The translations under genes and the position numbers were made by a program. A stretch of DNA of 64,000 bases, from positions 21,814 through 85,813 of the forward strand of contig DASSGV010000025.1 in the NCBI GenBank assembly GCA_035693225.1, in the 5' to 3' direction. This document shows, piece after piece, positions 52,897 through 61,470 of the stretch; positions within the stretch are counted from its first letter, which is position 1; each line of letters begins with the position of its first letter. The notes below the pieces were generated by a model, which was given only the letters and a program-made list of their open reading frames with translations, made no database searches and was not told the DNA's origin. Source of the stretch: Gemmatimonadales bacterium (lineage in GTDB: Bacteria; Gemmatimonadota; Gemmatimonadetes; Gemmatimonadales; GWC2-71-9).

Positions 52897-55800
52897 GTCT
52901 CCGCGGTCTCTCCGAGCCGGACCCCGACGATCGTCGACACCCCCGGCTCCTGCATCGTGACGCCGTAGACCGCATCGGCGGACTGCATCGTGCGGGGGTT
53001 GTGGGTGATGACGATGAACTGGGTGGCCGACTTGAACTCCTCCAGCAGCCTCGTGAAACGCCCGACGTTGGCGTCGTCGAGCGGCGCATCCACCTCGTCC
53101 ATCAGGCAGAAGGGGCTCGGTTTGGTCAGGTAGATTGAGAAGAGGAGTGACGTCGCCACCAGGGTCCGCTCGCCGGAGGAGAGCAGGTGGATCCGCTGGG
53201 TGCGCTTGCCGCGCGGTGCGGCGTGGATGTCGATCTCGCTCTCCAGCGGCTCATCGGGCGTGGCCAGCCGGAGCTCGCACTCCCCGCCGCCAAAGAGGGT
53301 CTGGAAGACCCGCTTGAAGTTCTCCTGGACCGCCGCGAACGTCTCGATGAACATCGCCTTGGCGGTGCCATCGATCTCCCGGATGGCCTGTTGCAGCGAC
53401 AGCCGGCCGGCCACGAGGTCGTCGCGCTGGGCGGTGAGGAACTCGAGCCGCTTGGCCTCCTCGCCGTACTCCTCGACCGCCAGCGCGTTGACCGGCCCGA
53501 TCCCCTCCAGGGCATCGACGATGCGGGTGTTCTCGGCCTCCAGCGTTTCGAGGTCGAGGTCGAGCAGCACCGCATCGGTCAGGAGGGCATCAAGGGGCTT
53601 CCGCCAATCCGCCTCGATCCGCTCGACGATGGCCCGGCGCCGGGCGATGAGGTCGGTCGCGTCGACCTCCAGTCGATGGTGCTCCTCGGTCATCGCCTCG
53701 ACCGCGGTCCGGCCGGCGGTGAGGGCGGCATCGGCCTCCAGCAATTCGTGCTCGGCCGCGGTAGCGGTGGCCTCGACATCGGTGGCCGCCGCCTCGAGTT
53801 CGAGGACGGCCACCCGGCGTTCGGCCCGCAGCTCCAGCCACTGGGACCGCTGGGCCTCGACGGCATCGGCATCGACCGCCAGGCGGGCCAGTTCTTCGGT
53901 GAGCGCCATCGCCTGGGCATCGGCCTCGACGGCGGTGCGTTCCGCACGGGTGACGCGCTCGGCCGCAGCCTCGAGGCGGGCGGCGACCTGCGCCTCCAGC
54001 ACCTGCCAGCGGACCCGCGCCTCCCGCGCGCCCTCCTGCTGGCCCTCAAGGGAATGGAGCGCCTCCCGCGCCGAGCTCAGGGCCTCATCCTGCTTGACGC
54101 GGGCCAGTTCGCCTTCCGTGTGGGCCGCGTCGATCTCCGCCGAGCGGCGTTCGCCCCGCTCCAGGCGCTCGGCAAGGCTCGCGCCCTGCCGTTCCGATTC
54201 GGCGATCTCGCGCGCGAGGTTGGACGCGGCACGCGATGCGTCATCCCTCACGGCGCTCGCGGCGCGTTCGGCCTCCCGGGCCTGGTCGGTGGCGGCGGTG
54301 GCCACCTCGAGCGCCCCCTCGAGCTCGGCGATCCGCTGCATCGTGGCGGCCAGGACGGCATCGGCCGCGGCCAGCTTCTGCTTGGCGGCGGCCACCTCGG
54401 TGCCGAGGCTCTCGAGATCGGCGCGCCGCCGCAGGGGGCCGGAGGGCGCCGCCCCCGTCAGCAGGATGGCGCCGTTGGGACGCTGGAGCACCCGACCGGT
54501 CGGATCGAGCACCTCGGAGCCGGCGACCAGCGCGTGGACCCACGCCACCGCCGGCTCGGCGACCTGCAGGCCGTGGCCTACGGACCGTCCCGCGCCGACA
54601 CTCGGTCCAGGGTGGAGGGGGAGCACCACGACAGCGCCAGGCTGGGTCTCCTGGTGCCAGACCTGGATGGCGCTCACCGCCGCACGATCCTTGACCAGGA
54701 CCGCGTGCACCCACTCGCCCAGCAGGCGCTCGGCCAGGTCGGCATCACGCTGGGAGGTGGTGATGAAGTCGCTCAGCGGCCCGAGGACGGCATCCCCGAA
54801 GCGGCTCCGGGCAGCCAACAGGGAGGCCGCACCCGGCGCCAGGCCGACGCGATCGCGCTCCAGTTCCTCGAGCGCCTGACGCCGCGCACTGACCTGGGCC
54901 AGCGCCTCCTCCGCCTGCCGGCGCGCCGCGCGCTCCAACGCCTCACGACGCCGCGCCTCCGCCACATCGTGACGGGCCTGCTCCGCCGTCGCTCCCGCCT
55001 GTCGCGCGAGCTGTGACTGTCGCTCGGCCGTTTCCGCCGCGTCCTGTCGGCGGTCCTCCGCCACGGCGAGCTCGGCGGTCAACGCATCGTGCCGCGCCTG
55101 GGCCTGCGCCTCCTGCTCCCGCACGGCGGCCAGGTCGCGGTCGAGGGCGGCACGCTCCCCCTCCAGCGAGCGCAACGCGTGCGCCCGCTGCTGCAATTCC
55201 TCTTCCAGGTGGCGGAGGGACGCGCGCTCCGCGGTGAGGCGGTCGCGTACGCCCTGCTCGGCGGAACTCCGGCCGGTGAGCTCTCCCTGGATCCGGGCGT
55301 GCTCGGCGAGTGCCGTCTGGCGCTCGGCGGTGGCGGCTTCACGCTCCCTGGCCGCTCCGCGGCTCCGCTCGTGCATCATTTCGCGCTCGTCGCCGGCGCG
55401 GACCTTCCGCTGCGCCGCGTTGGCGAGGCGCTCGGCCGCGAGCGCCAGGTCGCCATCGAGCTTTTCGAGCTCCACCCGCACGGCACCCAGGCGTCGGACG
55501 ATCTCCGTCCGTTCGGCATCGACCGAGGCACGGCTCCGTTCGGCCTCGTCCCTGCGCCGTTCCGCCACGACCAGGCGCTCGCGAGCATCGGGGAGAGCGG
55601 TGCCAAGCTCGGTGCGCCGTGCACCGAAGGTGCCGAGGAGGTCCTCGATGCGTTCGAGCTGGCGATGGGCGAGCGTCACCTGGACCGAGAACTTCTCTTC
55701 CTGGAGCTTGGTATGGCGTTCGGCCTTCCCCCGCTGCCGGGCCAGGCTCCGGAGCTGGGTCTGGACCTCCGCGATCAGGTCCTCCACCCGCTGGAGGTCC

Positions 55801-56357
55801 ACGGCCGTTTCCTCAAGCCGGCGTTCGGTGCTCTGCTTGCGGTCGCGGTAGAGGCCGATCCCGGAGGCTTCCTCGAAGAGGGCCCGCCGCTCTTCCGCCC
55901 GGTCGGAGAGGAGCAGGTCGATCATCTTGGCCTCGATGACGACGCCGGCGTCACTGCCCAGGCCGGTGCCGCGCAGGAGGTCCTGGATGTCCCGCAGGCG
56001 GACGCTGGCCTTGTTGAGGAGGTAGTCGCTCTGGCCCGACCGTGAGAGACGGCGGGTGATGACGACCTCCTTGTATGCCACCGGGAGGACGCCATCGGAG
56101 TTGTCGAGGTAGAGCGACACCTCGGACAGATTGCCGGGGCGCCGTCCGGTCGAGCCCTGGAAGATCACGTCCTCCATCTTGCCGCCGCGCAGGAGCCGCG
56201 CCGACTGCTCACCGAGCACCCACCGCACGGCGTCCGATACGTTCGACTTGCCGCAGCCATTGGGCCCGACGATGGCGGTGACACCCGTCTCGAAATCGAG
56301 CGACATCGTGTCGGCGAACGACTTGAATCCGGAGAGCTCGAGCCGGGTGAGCTTCAT
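52893..56357 (-). CDS. smc: Chromosome segregation protein SMC
   Basis: N-terminal Walker A GPNGCGKSN, long coiled coils with a hinge, and C-terminal LSSGERTLVA / LMDEVDAPLD. 1154 aa. Confidence 0.95.
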   Translation of the reverse strand: MKLTRLELSGFKSFADTMSLDFETGVTAIVGPNGCGKSNVSDAVRWVLGEQSARLLRGGKMEDVIFQGSTGRRPGNLSEVSLYLDNSDGVLPVAYKEVVITRRLSRSGQSDYLLNKASVRLRDIQDLLRGTGLGSDAGVVIEAKMIDLLLSDRAEERRALFEEASGIGLYRDRKQSTERRLEETAVDLQRVEDLIAEVQTQLRSLARQRGKAERHTKLQEEKFSVQVTLAHRQLERIEDLLGTFGARRTELGTALPDARERLVVAERRRDEAERSRASVDAERTEIVRRLGAVRVELEKLDGDLALAAERLANAAQRKVRAGDEREMMHERSRGAAREREAATAERQTALAEHARIQGELTGRSSAEQGVRDRLTAERASLRHLEEELQQRAHALRSLEGERAALDRDLAAVREQEAQAQARHDALTAELAVAEDRRQDAAETAERQSQLARQAGATAEQARHDVAEARRREALERAARRQAEEALAQVSARRQALEELERDRVGLAPGAASLLAARSRFGDAVLGPLSDFITTSQRDADLAERLLGEWVHAVLVKDRAAVSAIQVWHQETQPGAVVVLPLHPGPSVGAGRSVGHGLQVAEPAVAWVHALVAGSEVLDPTGRVLQRPNGAILLTGAAPSGPLRRRADLESLGTEVAAAKQKLAAADAVLAATMQRIAELEGALEVATAATDQAREAERAASAVRDDASRAASNLAREIAESERQGASLAERLERGERRSAEIDAAHTEGELARVKQDEALSSAREALHSLEGQQEGAREARVRWQVLEAQVAARLEAAAERVTRAERTAVEADAQAMALTEELARLAVDADAVEAQRSQWLELRAERRVAVLELEAAATDVEATATAAEHELLEADAALTAGRTAVEAMTEEHHRLEVDATDLIARRRAIVERIEADWRKPLDALLTDAVLLDLDLETLEAENTRIVDALEGIGPVNALAVEEYGEEAKRLEFLTAQRDDLVAGRLSLQQAIREIDGTAKAMFIETFAAVQENFKRVFQTLFGGGECELRLATPDEPLESEIDIHAAPRGKRTQRIHLLSSGERTLVATSLLFSIYLTKPSPFCLMDEVDAPLDDANVGRFTRLLEEFKSATQFIVITHNPRTMQSADAVYGVTMQEPGVSTIVGVRLGETAET

Positions 56358-56379
56358 CGCGGGTCCGGGGTGGCAGGGC

Positions 56380-57774
56380 TCATGGCGCGGAGGCGTCCGG
56401 GGTATAGATGAAATAGGGCTGGCCCAGCTTCTTGCCGGTCGACTCGGCGGCCTCGCGGGTCGGGTAGGGACCGAGGACCACGCGATATCCCTCGTCCTGG
56501 TGCTGGGGCTTGATGACCTGGGCCGGCAGGCCGATGTCCTTCATCTTGCGGGCAAGCTCGTTGGCCCACGCCGGGTTCTGTGAACTGCTCACCTGCACGA
56601 AGATCCGGGTGTCCGGCGCGCTGTCGAGCGCGGCGAGCGCCGTCGAGTCGACGTCCGGGCCGAGGGGGATCTCGCCCCGCGGCGCCCATTGGAGCACCAG
56701 CCAGAGGTCCGCGGCACCACCCGGCACCCGGCCCGTCTCCGGAAGCTTGGCGGAGGCGAGATCGTACGACACGACATCCTGGCCCTGCCGCACCAGCAGA
56801 TAGCGCGACTTGGCCACGGTCGGCAGGTCGGCATCCCACGGGGCGGGCCAGCTTCCCAGGAGTTCGTTGGTCGAAAGGTCGACCACCCAGACCGAGTCGC
56901 CCTGCACCGGCCGGACGAGGAGATACCGCCCGAAGGGATCGGGGCGGAGGGCGCCCGCGTCACCGGGGAGGTCGATGTCCGGAAGCGGATGCCAGGTGAA
57001 CCGATCGAACACCGAGATGGCGTCGGACCCGTCCCGGGAGAGGTACAGGCGGTGCCCGCTCGGCGAAAATGCCAGATGCCGGATGTGGGCGCCGGAGTGG
57101 ATCGCACGGAGCGGTTTCGTCGCACCGGGAGAATAGAGCACGACGGCGGTATCGGCGGCGATCGCGAGGAGGTTGCCCCAGTTGGTGCCCGCGACCTGAC
57201 CGGCAGGCACCGGCACCAGGACCGGGGGTTGCTGGCGGCTGACGGCAGCGAAGGCCGGGTCCCGGCCATCCAGCAGGGCGATCGCGGACTCGTCGCCACC
57301 GGCAAAGAGCGCCCGGGCGTCCCGGGGCAGTTTGCCGGGATAAACGATCGGCGTCCGGTCGGCGGTCTCGCTCACGGTGTGATCGGTGCCGACGGTGTAG
57401 AGGGTGCCATCGGGACCCACCGCGGCCAGTGCCACGTTCGACAACACCTGACGATCGCGACCCGCCTCCAGGTCGATCGCCACGACGTTCGACTTGGTGT
57501 CGAGGAGGTAGACCAGGCGCGCGTCGATGTCCGCGCCAAGGAGGGTTCGGGGCGCCGGCAGGTCCTCCCGCGCCACCCAGCTCGATGCCGTGAGGTTCGG
57601 CAGGCGGAGCAGGGCCGGCCTTCCGCCCTTCATCGGGACGCGCAGGAGCGAAACGGCCTGGGGGGGCTGGGCGGTGGCGGCGGAGAGAGGCCCCCGGGAG
57701 GGCACGGAGTGGCAGGCAGCGCCTGCAAGGAGTACCAGGCCGGGGATGCAGCGGGGAAGGGCTTGCACACCCAA
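56380..57774 (-). CDS. SPOR-domain protein with an N-terminal beta-propeller-like region
   Basis: C-terminal SPOR segment (FVQVSSSQNPAWANELARKM...GYRVVLGPYPTREAAE). The start (TTG 57774 or GTG 57768) is uncertain. Confidence 0.7.
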   Translation of the reverse strand: MGVQALPRCIPGLVLLAGAACHSVPSRGPLSAATAQPPQAVSLLRVPMKGGRPALLRLPNLTASSWVAREDLPAPRTLLGADIDARLVYLLDTKSNVVAIDLEAGRDRQVLSNVALAAVGPDGTLYTVGTDHTVSETADRTPIVYPGKLPRDARALFAGGDESAIALLDGRDPAFAAVSRQQPPVLVPVPAGQVAGTNWGNLLAIAADTAVVLYSPGATKPLRAIHSGAHIRHLAFSPSGHRLYLSRDGSDAISVFDRFTWHPLPDIDLPGDAGALRPDPFGRYLLVRPVQGDSVWVVDLSTNELLGSWPAPWDADLPTVAKSRYLLVRQGQDVVSYDLASAKLPETGRVPGGAADLWLVLQWAPRGEIPLGPDVDSTALAALDSAPDTRIFVQVSSSQNPAWANELARKMKDIGLPAQVIKPQHQDEGYRVVLGPYPTREAAESTGKKLGQPYFIYTPDASAP

Positions 57775-57919
57775 AAGATAATGAAAGGCGGGAGAGCGGG
57801 ACAGCGGGTGAAAGGGTCGGAGTCTCAGGGGCTCGGAGCGTCGGTCGTCGGTGGGAGGGCCGTCCGGCCCACTGAAGCCTGGCCCGACCCTCCGATCTTC
57901 CGCCCCTTCGACTCCATCT

Positions 57920-60900
57920 TCAGAATGTCGGTCCCAGGCTCACGGTCCAGTACCCCTTGATCGGGCGGGTGGGGAAGGAGTAGTCGAACCTGAGCACCAC
58001 GAATCCGAGCACGTTGACGCGGATCGACGTGCCCCAGGACGATACCGGGGTGCCGTTGGCGATCGGGGCCGCGTGCAGCGAGGCATCGGGACTGCCCCAC
58101 GCTTCGCCGACATCGTAGAAGATGGCGCCCTCGATGGGCGGGAATCCGATCGGCACGAAGCCAAGCTGCGCGTTGAGGAGCGGAAAGCGCAGTTCGGCGT
58201 TGGCCACGGCGAACGAGGTGCCGAGGAGGTTGTCGAGTCCTCGGCATCCGGTATAGCCGCCCTGGTCGACATTGACGCATTCGTTGCGGTAGAAGGACCC
58301 GGAGGTGAAGCCGCGGATGTAGTCGGGATAGCCGAGGAAGAGGAGCTGGCGTCCCGCGTCCCGCCCGGTGCGGTCGACCACCATCCCACGGGTGGCCAGG
58401 ATGAAGGGGCCGAAGAGGCGATCGTAGCGGCGGTAGTCGGCCGAGAGCTGAGTGATGTGCCAGTCGCCGATCGTCTGGGAGACTTCGAACCGGGAGCGCC
58501 GGCCGATGTAGGGGCCGACGTAGCCGGGAATGGAATTGTCGAACACCAGCGCCATCGAGGGCTGCGCGAAGTAGGCCAATCCGATGAACTTTTTGTCTGA
58601 CTTCTCGGTGCCGTCGAGCAGGTTGTCCACGATGAGGAGCGAATCCTCCTGGATGTTGGTCAGCGCCAGCTGGCCTTCGAGCCGGCTGAAGCGGTTGAAC
58701 GGATACGACGCCTGGCCGAAGGCCTGACGGATGATGAACCGGTCGACCGAGGTGGTGACACTGGTGTCGTTGAAGTTGCTACCGGCGCCGATCAGGTAGT
58801 ACGGCGTGGTCGAGACGCCCACGCCGTAGTTGATGCGGTGCGCCATGTTCTGGTACGCGAACAGGAGGTTCAACTCCTCCAGGCTGCCGTTCAGGTAGCC
58901 CGAGATGATCATCGCGTTGCTGCCCAGGATGTCGCTCAGCACGATCGTGGTGCCGCCGTAGAAGCCGCGCCCGAAATTGTCGCGGGTGTATCCCACCGTC
59001 GGCCGGGCGATGTAGTCGGGGGTGAACTTGACGTGGTACTTCTTCATCGTGAATTCGGCGGTATCCGGCAGCGCGATGGTGTCGCTCGCGAGCAGGGCCG
59101 CCACCGAGATAGGGGCGGGGGCGGTGCTATCGCCCTTGGGCGCCTGGTCGGCGGGGCGGAATCCGTGGGCGGAGCGGTACAACGAGCCGCCCTGGGTAAT
59201 TGCGGTCGCGCGGGCGCCCGCCGAGTCGGGGGCCGGATGGACCGTGTCCGCCGGGGTCGGCGTCGCGGCCATGGCCACCGCACCGGGGCGCTCCAGCGTC
59301 AGGGAGGCCATCGCATTCTCGTCGGGGCGGTCCACGAAGGGCTGCTGCTTGAGCGCCCGCGGGTCGAGGACGCTGTAGACGTCGAAGTTGCCCTTTTCGT
59401 AGTACACGAATGCCAGCCGATCGGCGCCAGCCGCCCACGACAGCGCCGGGGACACCGGCGTGATCCCCTCGGCCCCGGTGTACAGGTCGGTGAGCCGGTA
59501 GATGTTCCGCTCACCGAGGTCGTACAGGTAGATGTCGCTGACACCGGTGCGATCGGAGGTGAACGCCAGCTGGTGCCCGTCGGGAGACCATTGCGGGCTC
59601 GTGTTGCGCCCGAAGTCCATGTGGGGCAGCGCCTCGATGGTGCCGTCGTCGAGGTGGTAGAGGGCGATGCGATAGTTCCCGAAGATCAGGGTGCGGAAGT
59701 CGGTGGCCGGGCCGCGATCGGTCACGAACGCGATCGTCCTGCCGTCGGGTGACCAGACCGGGTCGAGGTCGGCGTACTTGTCGCTGGTGAGCCGCTTGAG
59801 GCCGGTGCCGTCGGCGTTGATGGTGAAGAGATCGGAGAGCCCGCCGTCGAGGCCGCTGAACACCAGCTGCTTGCCGTCGGGACTCCAGCTTGGGGTGAGC
59901 GCCGCCGCCAGCGGGATCGGGATGTCCCGCACCTCGGAGTTCCGGTCCACGTCGAGGACGATCAGGTGGTCCCGCGGTCCACGCTTGGCGACGAACGCGA
60001 GATACTTGCCATCCGGCGACCAGGCCACCGACGAATAGATGAAGCGGAAGGTCTCGTAGTTGCTGCTCCAGGTGGACTTGAAGAGCCGGCGAATGACCTT
60101 GCCGGTGACGGCATCGGCGAGCCAGAGGTCCACGAAGAAGGTGTTGCGCTCGCTGAAGAACGCCACCTGCCGGCCATCGGGTGAGAGCGCCGGGGCCAGG
60201 TGGTAGATGCCGCCGACCTTGTCCTCGTCGAGCATCACGCTGGCGAAGGCGCGCGCCTTCTGGCGGTCGGCGATCTCGGGAAGGAACCGCTTCTGGATGG
60301 CGTCGTGCCATTCCTGCGAGAGTCGCTTGAAATCCTCTCCCGTCACCCTCCGGAACGCCGATTCGAGCGATCCCGAGAGGGTGCCCTTGAGGATGGTGCC
60401 GATGGCCTCGTCACCCCAGCGCTCGCCGATGTAGGCCAGGAGGGCGTGGCCGTACCGGTAGGGGAAGATCCGCGGGTCGGTCGAGAGCTGTTCGATGGTG
60501 GGGAGCTTCCCCTCGAGCGCGGCATCGCGGAGCCACATCGCGGTGGCCTGATCGGAGGGGCCGATCGAGAGGTACTCCGCCATCCCTTCGACGAACCACC
60601 CCGGCGGATTCAGCGTGATCAGGGCCCCGAGGTTGCCCCCGGCCCGCCCCCGGCTCCAGGTATCGTACTGGAACTGGTGGACCATTTCGTGGGTCAGGAC
60701 GTGCTGGAAATCCTGGTAGGAACCGGGGAAGGGAAGGACGTTCCGCTGCTTGAGCGCGTCGGTGGCCCCTTCGACCCCTTCACTGTAGCCGACGGCGTTG
60801 TTCTGCTGGAAATCGGAGTGAGAGGCGTAGAGGATGATCGGCTTCCGCTCGGTGAACTTGTGGTCCAGGATGCGCGAGAGCCGGGCGTAGGAGCGCTCCG

Positions 60901-61105
60901 CCATCCGCGCGGCGTCGAGGGCCGCGGCGCGCTCGGTGTCATAGTAGTAGACGTCGAAGTGTTCGGTCTCGATGATCTTGAAGTCGAACGCGCCGTACTG
61001 GACCTGGTTCTGTCCGAAGTACTGCGCGGCGGCGGCCGTGGGGAGGGCCGGCAGGAGGAGGAGCGCCAGGAGCTTCTGGGTGGAACGCATTGCGGTCCCC
61101 TTCAT
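57920..61105 (-). CDS. Large outer-membrane protein: peptidase-MA-like HExxH domain + PD40 (TolB-like) beta-propeller + Omp85/bacterial-surface-antigen beta-barrel
   Basis: Signal peptide. THEMVH...WFVEGMAEY motif (codons at 60677-60691). At least five SPDG(K/R/H)xxAF PD40 repeats. C-terminal ANAELRFPL...FYDVGEAW...LRFDYSF, ending in F. The track ORF 57920..61771 is a read-through of rsfS antisense. Confidence 0.8.
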   Translation of the reverse strand: MKGTAMRSTQKLLALLLLPALPTAAAAQYFGQNQVQYGAFDFKIIETEHFDVYYYDTERAAALDAARMAERSYARLSRILDHKFTERKPIILYASHSDFQQNNAVGYSEGVEGATDALKQRNVLPFPGSYQDFQHVLTHEMVHQFQYDTWSRGRAGGNLGALITLNPPGWFVEGMAEYLSIGPSDQATAMWLRDAALEGKLPTIEQLSTDPRIFPYRYGHALLAYIGERWGDEAIGTILKGTLSGSLESAFRRVTGEDFKRLSQEWHDAIQKRFLPEIADRQKARAFASVMLDEDKVGGIYHLAPALSPDGRQVAFFSERNTFFVDLWLADAVTGKVIRRLFKSTWSSNYETFRFIYSSVAWSPDGKYLAFVAKRGPRDHLIVLDVDRNSEVRDIPIPLAAALTPSWSPDGKQLVFSGLDGGLSDLFTINADGTGLKRLTSDKYADLDPVWSPDGRTIAFVTDRGPATDFRTLIFGNYRIALYHLDDGTIEALPHMDFGRNTSPQWSPDGHQLAFTSDRTGVSDIYLYDLGERNIYRLTDLYTGAEGITPVSPALSWAAGADRLAFVYYEKGNFDVYSVLDPRALKQQPFVDRPDENAMASLTLERPGAVAMAATPTPADTVHPAPDSAGARATAITQGGSLYRSAHGFRPADQAPKGDSTAPAPISVAALLASDTIALPDTAEFTMKKYHVKFTPDYIARPTVGYTRDNFGRGFYGGTTIVLSDILGSNAMIISGYLNGSLEELNLLFAYQNMAHRINYGVGVSTTPYYLIGAGSNFNDTSVTTSVDRFIIRQAFGQASYPFNRFSRLEGQLALTNIQEDSLLIVDNLLDGTEKSDKKFIGLAYFAQPSMALVFDNSIPGYVGPYIGRRSRFEVSQTIGDWHITQLSADYRRYDRLFGPFILATRGMVVDRTGRDAGRQLLFLGYPDYIRGFTSGSFYRNECVNVDQGGYTGCRGLDNLLGTSFAVANAELRFPLLNAQLGFVPIGFPPIEGAIFYDVGEAWGSPDASLHAAPIANGTPVSSWGTSIRVNVLGFVVLRFDYSFPTRPIKGYWTVSLGPTF

Positions 61106-61122
61106 CGATGTCTGCCGGCCTG

Positions 61123-61470
61123 CTACGAGCCCGTCCGGAGTGCCGGGGCGTCGTCCCAGAGGCGGTCGAGCTGGTAGAAGGCCCGGGCCTCGGGGTGGAA
61201 CAGGTGCACCACAAAATCCACGTAGTCGAGCAGCGCCCAGCGTCCTGCCGTCAACCCCTCGACGTGGTGCGGATGCTGTCCCACCGCACCAAGCGCGCGC
61301 TGCACCGAGTCGGCGATGCCCCGGACGTGGGTGTCCGAGGTGCCGGAGGCGATGATGAAGTAATCGGTCGCGTCGGTCAGCCCCCGCAAGTCCAGGACCA
61401 CGATGTTGTGCCCCTTCAGGTCCTCGACAGCGTGGAACGCCGTCGCCACGGGGGATGGCAGCGGGGTCAC
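61123..61470 (-). CDS. rsfS: Ribosome silencing factor RsfS
   Basis: DLKGHNIVVLDLRG...TDYFIIASGTS...WALLDYVDFVVHLF motifs. GTG 61470 in a GTGA overlap with the upstream gene. Confidence 0.85.
   Translation of the reverse strand: MTPLPSPVATAFHAVEDLKGHNIVVLDLRGLTDATDYFIIASGTSDTHVRGIADSVQRALGAVGQHPHHVEGLTAGRWALLDYVDFVVHLFHPEARAFYQLDRLWDDAPALRTGS

Noticed and set aside
53187-55016. 609-aa and 559-aa plus-strand ORFs inside smc.
   Set aside because: They are antisense to the smc coiled-coil region. They are low-complexity and can be read in two frames, which is characteristic of GC-rich shadow ORFs.
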